DNA of 63,981 bases, filler included, from Bigelowiella natans CCMP2755 (lineage: Eukaryota > Protista > Cercozoa), in assembly GCA_000320545.1 (NCBI GenBank). It is 5 parts of 5 records of this genome, joined end to end, with 100 filler letters (N's around TTAATTAATTAA, not from the genome) between each part and the next. Parts side by side here need not be neighbours in the genome. Positions count along the whole stretch, not along the records: positions 19,973 to 49,301 come from ADNK01003233.1; positions 49,402 to 52,825 come from ADNK01002396.1; 3 more parts are not named here. One strand, given 5' to 3'. The position numbers and the translations under genes were made by a program. Of this stretch, positions 39,606-49,553 are shown in pieces; positions within the stretch are counted from its first letter, which is position 1; every line of letters starts with the position of its first letter. The notes below the pieces were generated by a model. That model was not told where the DNA came from and searched no databases. It saw only the letters and a list, made by a program, of their open reading frames with translations.

Positions 39606-41179
39606 GAGGGAGAGAAAAGAGAAAGAAAGAGAGAAAATTAGAAGAAAGAGAGAGCTTGCCGGCCGCCATGTCATCTCTGATGTACATTGTTCTGCGTCCA
39701 TCATCGGGCAGGTCGCAGAGCGGACCCTCGCGGTCCTTTCCAACTTGAGTGCTATCCCTCCTCCTAGCTTGGCCGCCGCCGCCGCCACCACCTCCGCCAC
39801 TACCACCTCAGTTCTCCTCGAACCGAACGTCAACGATTTCGTCGCGTCCTCAGTCAGTTCGGTGTCTAGCATCGTCTCGGCGGTAGTAACAACGATGATG
39901 ACACGCACGAGATAGCCCCCATGCCCTGAAGGAAAAAAAATTAGAAAGATATCATTAGAAGCCTTTTCTTTATGACTTTGTAGAGGCAAAAACAAGGAAA
40001 TGGGTACGGACGGTAAATCTCCTTGTTTTTATCCCCCCCCCCCCTCGTGGTTTGTTGCACTTGTTGCAGCAGAGCGGTACAGAAGGCAGCGGTGGTGGGC
40101 AGGAGAGAGCAGACCGAGTCGTCTCTATTTTGATGAATCTGACCGTATGGATCGGGGCGCGGAGAGTCGCGGGTGATGACGGTGCAAGAATTTACTCTCC
40201 CAACGCAGCAACCCCGCAGCAGCATCGCAGAGGAAAACGCTCCTCGGTCGCCCTGGCGGTGAAATCGGTATCGGGCTCGACCGGCTACAGGTCTCTCTCT
40301 CTCTCTCTTTCTCTCTCTTTCCTCTCTCTTTCCTCTCTCTTTTCTCTCAACCCTCTTCCATCCCGCCAACCCATCTCATCGCATTCCCGGTCATCCCTTA
40401 CGCCGCCCTTCTCTTTCTATGTCTCTGCCCTCATCTCCTACTATGAAACAAGTACCGCATCCGCCCCTCTCGTCCACGCCCGAGCGCAGTTCCCGCCGAT
40501 CAACACCGCTGCGGGGAACCTGCTGCTCTCTCTCGTAGCAATCACCAACACGACTCTGTACCCCGAAAACGCGACCGAGGCCGTAGCAGCTGGGGAAGGT
40601 AGTAGCGGTAGCAATAATATCTGGAGGCGGGTGCGCAACATCGTTACGGTGCAGGTCAAAGACGCTACCAACAACTACCAAACGCTCTCGCTCTCGGGCT
40701 ATGACGCGCAACCCTTCCGCATCGAGATCCCATCGATGCGAGGAGGGAACCTGAGTACCGGAGAAGGGGGGACCGAATGCATGTTCTGGGACCTGGCGGC
40801 GGGAGAATGGAACACAACGGGCGTGTCGTTCGTCGGATCGTCCCGGCAACCGGATGGCGAGAATGTGCACGTTTGCAACAGCTCGCACCTCACATCGTTC
40901 AGCACGAGAAGGTTGTCCGAAAAGGATGCGAGAGATGGAGGGGGAAGGGGGAAGAATAAAAACACCGAACACCCCCCCCTCAGACAGACTTTCCTCAGTT
41001 GATTACTCTCTTTTTCATCTCTCCGCAATCTTCCTCGTCGTCTTCCTCTGTTCTGTCTGTGTGTGTTTGCAAGAGAGAGAGAAAGAGAGAGAGAGGAGAA
41101 AGAGAGAGGAGAAAGAGAGAGAGAGAGAGATAGATAGAGAGAGGGACACATGCAGAGAGCGCACATGGACGTGTTTTGC

Positions 41180-41221
<42 letters not shown>

Positions 41222-41248
41222 CAGAGAGCGCACATGGACGTGTTTTGC

Positions 41249-41290
<42 letters not shown>

Positions 41291-43298
41291 AGAGAGCACA
41301 CATGTACACCATGTCCATTGCAACCCTAATGCAACAATCACACATCGCAGCATGGCGTTTCAAGTGGAAGTGAACACGATCTCAGCGACCGACATCAAAA
41401 ACACCAGTGCTTACAACCCAACCAAGAGCGCTACCATGGCATTGGCTGTTATACTTTTCGGGTTTCTCGCAGCTCTCTTCGTCACGGCCATGTTCTATGA
41501 CAAGAGCACGGCTGCGACCAAAGAAGCCGTTGAGAGAAACGAGCGGGAGTTCTACCGGAGTCTCAACCAATCACGCAAACTGCATTTCGAGGAACCTCGT
41601 TCAGCCGCTAATTGGAAAAAATCGATGGTTCTTGCCGTCCGAAGAAGACACCCCTGGATGTCCATCTTCACCCGAATGCCCGGGGACTACATCGATTCGA
41701 AAAAACGAGTCATGATCCTTTCCCTTCTCATTCTCAACGCGGCCGCCGTGTGCGCGCTCCTGCTAGGAACAGAACAGCAGCTCGGATTCATTCGAGGAAA
41801 CGTCGCAGTGGCCGTCGTGGCATTGTTCATTGGGTTTCCACTGCCATTCCTGGTCGCATCCATGTTTTCACGAGAGAGACCGAAAGAGTTCAGAATGGAC
41901 TTTACGCCGCTTGGCCTCGTGGCGGCGATGCCTTGGTTGTTCTGGGTCGTTTCCGTGCTCATGGGAGAAATGGAACACGATGTTGGTTTGCAGATCGAGG
42001 ATGATGCCGGGGAGGACAACGACATGGACAACCAAGACCGTGTTGGAGAAGGAGACGACGGTGATGATGATGATGATGGTGGTAGGACCAGGAAGAACAA
42101 AGATGAGGGCATTCTGGCGGCTGACCAGAGAAACACAGCAGCTGCTGCTGCTTCTGCCGCGTCGGGGGCCGTCGGGGTGGAAGCAGGGTTGGCCGGAGCG
42201 AATGCAGGTAGGAGGTACAAAAGTTTGCAAAGTGCACAAGCCTTCAAGAGCACCCTGGACATGCAGTCCGCGGCGGCTGACGACCGAAGCCAAGGAGCAT
42301 CGAGTAGCGCAGAGAGCTCACGCGGGACACGGAGTCTAGACAAGGTTGACGACTTTGACAGCAACCAGAATTTGTTGTTCTTGCGCACCACAACCAGCCT
42401 TGGCGCGCCCGCCGGTTCCATGTCTGAAAACGAGAGCAAAAGGAGGATTAGATCCCAAGCCAAAGCGAGTCAGTCTTGGAGAACAGGCCCGTTGGATGCG
42501 GAAGAGAACGGTAACAGAACGGTCGAATGCTGCTGCGGGCTGACGCCCCTCGTGCGGCAATCTAGCATCAGACCGTCTCACAATGAGTGGACATTGAAGG
42601 ACCTGGTTGCCGTAGCGATTTGCGTGGTGGTCTCAGTAGGCTGTGCTTTCATAGTGCTTGTGCTGGGGTACCAATCCGTGGAGAAAGAGGGAACAGATTG
42701 GGACATCGTAGTAGCTTCCCTACTCACATGGCCGCAGGACATTGGAGTCCGTCTATGCACGATCTTGTGGTTGGAGGCCGTCTTGACAGGGCCGTGGCTC
42801 TACGTCATGTTTCCTTGCTTCATGGTGTGCGGTCTTTGTGCCTCGGACACCGAGAAAGGCGTCGTCCCTGGGACCGACACCAAACACACTTACCGCTTCG
42901 ATGCCGACCGGGGCGTGTGCAAGTTGGACAGACGCAACTTTGTCGTCCGGACCTATGACCAGGCGAGGAACGTCGGCGTGCGGCGAGGCTGGCGTCTAGT
43001 CAGACTGAATGGCACACCCGTCGCCACCAAAACCGACGCAGTACGTGAACTCAGAAAAATTCACGCACTGCAGCGGCACTTTTACGCCACGTTCCGGATC
43101 AGTAGTGAGACAGCAGAAACAAAAGGTCCAAAGGCTGGTCCAGGCCGTAGGGTAGAACAGATTTCGTCACCCCCCCTCCCCCTGTCGCATCGCCTATCGC
43201 TGCCTTGTCACGGTAACCAAGATGCTGAATGGTCACCGCCACACATTGATACGCTGCGGGAGAAAGTTTGGAATGAAGTTCGTAAAACAGTGAGCTGA
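30776..43298 (+). CDS. Polycystin-1/REJ-GAIN(GPS) multi-TM receptor with two N-terminal beta-propeller exons, mucin-like stalks and C-terminal PDZ-like domain (start uncertain)
   Basis: REJ/PKD-type motifs (LVAAIDGG, FDASSSYDP, LRYAW, VNTPPGLGSCSATPASGYALQTQFQLACEGYEDADVPLTYSF). GPS motif CMFWD...WNTTG...CNSSHL/TSFS at ~40775-40900. TM1, then HPWMSIF..P...S.KR as in the PKD1 family, further TMs, and PDZ-like QARNVGVRRGWRLVRLNG. Confidence 0.85.
30936..31181 (+). repeat. Direct repeat copy 2 (probable intron near the 5' end of the polycystin-like gene)
   Basis: Paralog of 25564-25838. It lies between two similar mini-exons (~30880-30916 and ~31217-31251, both ending GAAGGAG|GTGA); a third, more diverged copy follows at ~31270-31405. 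Confidence 0.85.
32064..33212 (+). repeat. Propeller exon 1: 8 tandem ~45-aa repeats (YQLDESYSGSxKYxTSAVAADGRIFAAPYDGASRVLVIDPSRN)
   Basis: AG acceptor at 32063 and GT donor at 33213; 1149 nt, phase 0/0; repeats nearly identical at DNA level. Confidence 0.9.
34115..35263 (+). repeat. Propeller exon 2: 8 tandem ~45-aa repeats, more diverged
   Basis: AG acceptor at 34114 and GT donor at 35264; 1149 nt, phase 0/0; upstream intron homologous to that of exon 1. Confidence 0.9.
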
Positions 43299-44381
43299 CG
43301 AGGAGAATGCGCCGAGTTCGAACAGTGGGGAGTTCGTCATCTGTTGGATGATTCAATGTTTCCTTCGAACGCCATCTTCACAGACGCGAAAGGCAGGACA
43401 CTTAATTTAAACAGGGGAGAAAATCTATACCTAAATTGAAAAATACAAAAAAAAAATCAACAATACATTGCATTGGTGCATGGACATTACTATGTAAGAA
43501 AATATAAGAAACAATGCTTACGTTGTAAGAGACATGTTTATCAACACAGCACACTGCATTGGTCATCCAGACGAGTTACATTTATTGCTAGAACAAGCAA
43601 AAGCGAACCTTTATGAAAGTTCTAATACATGTTTAACATCTTGCGGTGTGACCTGCATTGTCGAGGGAGTATCATACCATGTCGAACAAAAATGCTTCAA
43701 ATCTGCAAAATGAGAAGGCCACTTTTGTTGCCTATGCTTCGTACGCGCTAGGCATTGTTGCACTTGCGCGCGCATTCTACCAGTGAAGAGGTAGGTACCG
43801 GTTCACAAAGGTTAAGCGACCGCCATCGTGAGCATAGTCATGACACGCCATCATTTCAATGCAATGCAGCACAACCGGCACACACAACATTTCATGCAAA
43901 TGAGGCCGAAAACATGCAGCAGAACCGGCACACAACATCTTGTAAAAATGAGGCCGCCGCTGCATTGCATAGCTACATTAGGATGACCATTGAAACAGTT
44001 TAAACATTTCATTACATCCGTCTCACAAACAAGGCCGTTGTAATCAACACACAATGAACAAAAGTTTTTTAGTTTTTTTTTTCCTTTAGAAACAAAAGCA
44101 TAACAGATAATGCATGTACTGGTTTTTCCAGTTTCCGATCATGCGCCTTTTCTCTCTTTTGTTGGACATCGACGCACTAACTCGTTTTCGATACATTACT
44201 CTAGCGTTCCGGTTTGACTATTTCTTGTGTTTGATGAGCAGAGTAAAAGGTGTAGCATGACAGCGACGGTATCAATCTGTTTGTGATTTGTCTTGACCCA
44301 AAGCAAGAAATCTTTGACATCTTGAACATGACTACCGAGACGAAGGAAAGCTTTCCCGTCAGTATGTTTTTCTGATACGAG

Positions 44382-45635
44382 TTGCTCCCGCACTGCGCCG
44401 GGCCTTACGAGTGCCAGGAAACTGCACTATCACGTAAGAAACACTTTTTCGGGAAATGTGTGTTCAAGATCTTACAGATCCTGGTGAACGAGATCTCGCA
44501 CGATGATGTCGATACGTACACGAATAAGAGGGTGAATTCTACCGGACCGATACTAGCTTTGTTGACACGCCAGCTCGTCCGATCCATGTGGAAATCGTTT
44601 GAAGGCAGCTTTTACAAAAAACAGAACGTAGCCCAGCATAAGAATGATTCAAAGAAAGGCTCAGCAACAAGTAGGGAGCTGAAGAAGAAGAAGAATAACA
44701 AAAATAAAGATAAAAACAAAAATAAAAAAAAAAGGAGCAACGGTACGTTGCTAGAGAGCCTCATCACCACCGAGGTGCCATCCAAGAAACGGACCAGGAT
44801 CACAAAAACCAATTCTAAAAAAACTACGAAAGGGAACACGATTAAAGGTAGAGGGAAAGGGAAAGAACGTCAGGGGGAGGAAGAGGAGGAGGAAGAAGGA
44901 GGAGGTGGTGGTTGTAGTGGTTGTACCGAGGAGGAGGAGGAGGACAACAAACAACCGAAAAATGTTACAGCAGCCCCCCCGGTCTCGGTCACTTTCCCAA
45001 AATCACACCACTACGATGAAACCGATTTCATTACAAGGATCAAAGGCAAACGGATCACATCTACGCTAAAATATAGCATGGCGACGGGTAAGTTTGGGAA
45101 TAATTCCGCTTCGAATATGGCGAATAGCGGGATCTGCCAGCTACTGAACGACACGAACGCCCACTCGTCCGTTAGCCATATGAACCAGGTCAACAAACCG
45201 ATCAACCGTGAAGGAAAGCAGAGCAAACCGCGCCAGATGCCAGTCTCTCTTCTAGGTTTGATTTATTTGTTGTTTTTGTTTTTTTTTTCTAAAAAATACA
45301 TATGAACATATGTATTGATATAGAAAAAATTATGTTCGTTTTTTTTTTTTTCAAGTGTGCTATGCCCGGCCGATACACCCGAAGGTAAATCGGTCGGTCT
45401 GGTCAATAGCCTCACTGTGACTTCGCGGTTACGTTTCGGGACGAACCCTTTTGTGATCGTCAAACAAATATGCAAGCTGATCCAGCGATGCATCTCGACC
45501 GGGTCTTTCCGGATCCCAACGGCTTTATCCGTACCAATTTCCTTTCGCAACAAGTCATCGTGCGACCCCGCGGTCCACGCTTTCTGCATCGAGGTGAACG
45601 GCAGCATTGTCGGCTCTATCGAGAACCCGTACTTT
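44382..45635 (+). pseudogene. Internal fragment of DNA-directed RNA polymerase second-largest subunit (RPB2-like), divergent and probably giant-virus derived; 99-nt intron
   Basis: LPH..KKHFFG, DDVDTYTNKRVNSTGPIL, ITSTLKYSMATG, GICQLLN, SHMNQVNKPINREGKQSKPRQ, (intron 45256-45354) GVLCPADTPEGKSVGLVNSL, IEVNGSIVG. Both termini are missing. Confidence 0.88.
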
Positions 45636-46469
45636 CATACGGATTCTTCTTCTTCTACCAAACTTCAGCAGAGAAAGAGAAGGAGGAAAAGAGATAAAAT
45701 CCGAGGTCTGATCCGGATCGCAGGGACTAACCTCTTGAAGAACCTTCAGTTTACATGTATACTCGGGAAAGACCTTATTAATTTGGCATCAACTTGCAAA
45801 ATGATGTACACTTGGTTGAGTAAAAAGGAGAACGCCATTCGTATTTTGAAATACCAGGCGGAACTTGAAATTCCGTTCATGAAAAACTCTCCTTCGGTGT
45901 CTTTTTTGGAACTACTGAAACGCTCAACATCGACATCACCAATCAACCTTGGCAATTTTTGTCAGTGGGTTAAAAAAATGCTGAGGATCGCTGTACGGGT
46001 GCTTTTGGTGCCTACGACATATGAAAATTCGGTAGAATATAAAACCGAAAGTCCATTGGAGTGGATCCGTTCGGCATTTTATGTATTCAACGAAGGAATC
46101 ACACAATTTGGAAGAAACAGTCAGCACCCCGACGTCAAGTATATTTCCAAGAGTTTGAAAGAATTCGTTCAATACGTCAGACACAAGTTCGAATGCAAAG
46201 AAATGAGGAATCTCATTCTTAGAAAACACCGGGCGCTTTTAATCCTATCTCAATGTGTTGTGGATAGTAGACTTTTGCAACGACCGGAATACGAGAGACG
46301 TCATGTCATTACGGAGTGCATCTATACCCATTTACAATACTTTGGTTTATGTCTGAATGTGTACAAGCAAGCGTTGTGTGTGGTTCAGTACGCACAGTGC
46401 TACTTGCTGACAGCAGCATCGGAGAGACTCAAGATGAGGATAGAAAGTAAAAATAATCAGAACCAATGA
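45636..46469 (+). CDS. Unknown ORF with F-box-like motif, fused in frame to the RPB2 fragment
   Basis: LLKNLQFTCILGKDLINLASTCKMMY resembles an F-box; the rest is helical-looking and not RPB2-like; intronless. Confidence 0.4.
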   Translation, partial: HTDSSSSTKLQQRKRRRKRDKIRGLIRIAGTNLLKNLQFTCILGKDLINLASTCKMMYTWLSKKENAIRILKYQAELEIPFMKNSPSVSFLELLKRSTSTSPINLGNFCQWVKKMLRIAVRVLLVPTTYENSVEYKTESPLEWIRSAFYVFNEGITQFGRNSQHPDVKYISKSLKEFVQYVRHKFECKEMRNLILRKHRALLILSQCVVDSRLLQRPEYERRHVITECIYTHLQYFGLCLNVYKQALCVVQYAQCYLLTAASERLKMRIESKNNQNQ

Positions 46470-46470
46470 C

Positions 46471-46680
46471 ATGGTGATCAACCATACCCTGAACAAAAGA
46501 AAGATACACCAGCTGTTCAAGGCAGCCAACGCATTCGAGGCCGATACTGGACTAAAGGTGTTGATGTGCGTCGCAAACCCGTTGGATAGCGGCGTTTTCT
46601 ACCTGTCGAATCTCAATAGCGAGGAATCAATCGACCAGAACCACCCAGACTACCACAAAGCAAAGACAGCTTCTCTTAAA
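46471..46680 (+). pseudogene. Small ORF with divergent SRF-type MADS-box-like motif, truncated at the insertion boundary
   Basis: TLNKRKIHQLFKAANAFEADTGLKVLMCVANPLDSGVFYLS versus SRF TFSKRKTGIMKKAYELSTLTGTQVLLLVASETGHVYTF. It starts after a 1-nt gap from the upstream stop. Confidence 0.45.
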
Positions 46681-47611
46681 TGCCAGGATGCGACGCTTTT
46701 GCAGTAGCGATTACAGCCCTGCCGCTGTCGGGAAGAAGCCTGAGGACAGTTCAAGGAGGAGTAGGAGAAAACCTCTGGCGTTCTTACGGATGCTTGATCT
46801 GGTCGCCTCGCGGGCGCTACGGGGGCCTAGAGGGCTGCGGCTCCTGGTGCCTATTCTGGACATTGCGAATCACGCTCCTGAGGAGACTGGCGGAGGGTAC
46901 TTTGAGGTTGACATGGAAGAGCAGGAGGTTCGCTTACGGGTCGGGGGACGCGGTGCTGCGGAAGGGGAGGAGGTGTTTCTCGACTACGGAGGAGGGAAAA
47001 GTAGCGACGACTTCTTGATGTTCCACGGATTTGTACCCGATCGCTGCCCATCAGACTCTCTAGTGCTAGACATTAGCTCGGAGCAGGAAGCGGGAGGGGG
47101 GGGGGGGAGCGACAACGACGACCGGTTGCGACCGCAGCTTCCTGGGGAGGTGGGTGATGAAGCTGAGTGTACAGAGAAAAGAAGACAATTGGAGAGAACA
47201 GTAGCATCATGCGAGAAAAATAGTCGTCGCGTTATCGTCTCATGGACATCGCTTGCGCAACGAGGGCATCGATTAACGCTGCCGCCCTCTGGCCACCCGG
47301 ATCCTTCTGTACGCAGAGAATGTGAGAAATTGCTCTCATCGTTTCCCTCCACCCTGCGCCAAGATAGCGCTGCATTGATGATGATGATGGCTGCTGAGAG
47401 TATGAATAGTAGATGCAACGAGGAAGGTGGAGAAGGAAGAAATGATGACAACGACGACGTCTGTAGGAGGCTCAGCAGCCGACAGAAGCGAGCTCGTCAG
47501 CGAGAAATAACCGCTCTGGAATACCGAGTGGCAAAGAAGGCTTTACTTCTCGCGGCGGCGGGCTCATCATCCCCATCTATTGAAGGAGAATCTGCATTTG
47601 AGCAATGCTGA
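46681..47611 (+). pseudogene. SET-domain methyltransferase, C-terminal half
   Basis: AFLRMLDLVASRAL, LVPILDIANH, GEEVFLDYGGGKSSDDFLMFHGFVP, then LSMT substrate-binding-like LLSSFPSTLRQD...ALEYRVAKKALL. Confidence 0.9.
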
Positions 47612-48133
47612 GCGTATTGGCGTGAGGCGCGCGGTCGTATTGTTGCTTACTCTGTGTTAAATTTCTTAAGCAATGTGCGGAAGTGCATACACACACCTTT
47701 ATTACTTTTGGTCATTGCAATCAGACTCAATGTACGTAGACTTGCTAGCTTGGCTCTAGATGTTCATGTATGGCGAGCGTGATTATAATGACCACTCAGC
47801 AGTCGCGCTCATAAGCGTCCGTGCATGCAACGTGACAACGCGCAGCATCCAACACATGCAGATTTTTCTCGGATGTCTAGATGTGTGCAGTGATAGGCAC
47901 ACGTACAACCCAGCTGGCATGCATCTCTGCTGCAAGCTTAGACATGGTGGAGCGCTGCATTGTCCACTGAATGCATGATCGATGACACAGTACGTATTGG
48001 ATATATGGTGATGCATGCAGAATGTAGTAAGAAATTAATACTGCTAGTATGCCAATCTTCTTCGTATAAACGTAGTCGTCAATTACTGAAGATTATATAT
48101 CCATACGATGATCGATCTTCCGATAACACGAAG

Positions 48134-48464
48134 ATGCATGAGTCAATATGTTGTGCGATTGGAAGTGGACAGGCTGAGCAGGAGGCGTTGTCGCCGAACA
48201 TTCTGGTCGTCACTCATACAACTCACGCAGCTGAATTTAGCCGCAGAGGCAAAGAGGGCAAAAGCACGAATGCATGCTCCCCCCCTCTCACTTCTTTTCC
48301 ATGAAATAAGGAGTGCCACTCTCATCATAGCCGCCCCTCTTGATGATCTCGACCCAATATCCATCTACAATAATACATGCAGGGATAAACAACATTGATG
48401 GCGACAACTTTGAGCAATTTCGCGCACCAACACACACACCGCACACATTGTACAATAGGTATAT

Positions 48465-48508
<44 letters not shown>

Positions 48509-49229
48509 TGTGTGTGTGTGTGTGTGTGTGTGTACATTTAGTAGAATTTCCAGGAAAACAATGAAGAATACGAAAGCTTAACATTAGTAGCACAAGCGCT
48601 ACTACTAAAAATCTTGGTCTTCAGTGCGTTGTGCGCCGAACTAAAAAATCAACGAGGAAATTTGCTACAGATGTGATGCTGTCCCGTGTTGTGTTGGGGA
48701 AGACACCTGGGTCAAGGGCGAATGCAAGCCCCTTCATCGATCCCTGGCAAAATGACGGTGATGATGCAGGTATTCGTCAATGACGTGCGGTAGGTGGCAG
48801 CAGCAGCAGCAGCAGCAGTATGATCATCATATGAATTATCTTTCGATCTGGAGATGTGCTCTCGATGACGTACAATGTTGTTTGACACAGGGAAAGGAGG
48901 AAGAGTGAACGTATTGATGACGAGCAAAAAGCCAAGCATCTATATCATCATCATCATCATCATCATCATCGTCGTCGTCGTCTTCGTCGTCATTATTAAT
49001 CATCATCATTGCCAATCCTCCCCACCGCATCAGGAGCCTTCTTCATGCTATATCTGCGCATCCATCAGCAGGAGGAGGAGGGGGGGAGGAGGTTGGAGGA
49101 GGAAAGAAAGGAAGAGGAGGTGTGTGCGTCGTGATGATTAAGATTGGTGACGGATTCTTTTTGACAAGTGTCTTTGTCTTCTTCCACCACCACCACCACC
49201 ATCATCATTACCATTTTCATTATATTCAT

Positions 49230-49267
<38 letters not shown>

Positions 49268-49301
49268 TACTATACTATACTATATACTAGTACGTATAGT
49301 A
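48134..49301 (+). CDS. Possible multi-exon hypothetical gene (partial)
   Basis: AG/GT-bounded open segments (GINNIDGDNFEQFRAP; DVMLSRVVLGKTPGSRANASPFIDPW; YDHHMNYLSIWRCALDD); no family recognised. Confidence 0.3.
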
Positions 49302-49401
49302 NNNNNNNNNNNNNNNNNNNNNNNNNNNNNNNNNNNNNNNNNNNNTTAATTAATTAANNNNNNNNNNNNNNNNNNNNNNNNNNNNNNNNNNNNNNNNNNN
49401 N
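49302..49401. other. Artificial contig linker
   Basis: N-TTAATTAATTAA-N, 100 nt. Confidence 0.98.
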
Positions 49402-49553
49402 TTCTCCCTTTTTCCCCCCAAAAACAACCCCCCCCCCCCCCCCCCCCCCCCCCCTCCCCTACATAAACACTTTTCGACTAAGAAACTCTAGAAATATGAT
49501 GAGGATTTTAGTAAAAGAAAGAAACCACGCCAGTGCCATGCAAGTCATCACAC

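Larger units (their letters stand above)
25564..46680. mobile_element. ~21.1-kb composite insertion inside the SET gene exon (mechanism unknown; contains virus-like, LINE and host-like cargo)
   Basis: Flanked by the N- and C-terminal halves of one SET domain on the same strand, which rejoin in frame (WRR-G-ARMRRFC). No TIR or TSD seen. Boundaries are +/- a few nt. Confidence 0.7.

Noticed and set aside
41150-41260. Duplicated CAGAGAGCGCACATGGACGTGTTTTGCAAGAAAG between (GA)n tracts
   Set aside because: Short intronic duplication bounded by microsatellites; slippage or assembly artefact.
25555-46690. Terminal inverted repeats or target-site duplication at the insertion ends
   Set aside because: Left GGACATTAG versus reverse-complemented right GGCATTTAAG is only loosely similar, and no duplicated target was found.
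25526-46710. The 21-kb insert being a simple giant intron of the SET gene
   Set aside because: The strong GTGAGT donor at 25526 is phase 0, whereas the AG sites near 46686-46716 are phase 2; only a weak GTGGAG donor would fit. Not supported without RNA data.
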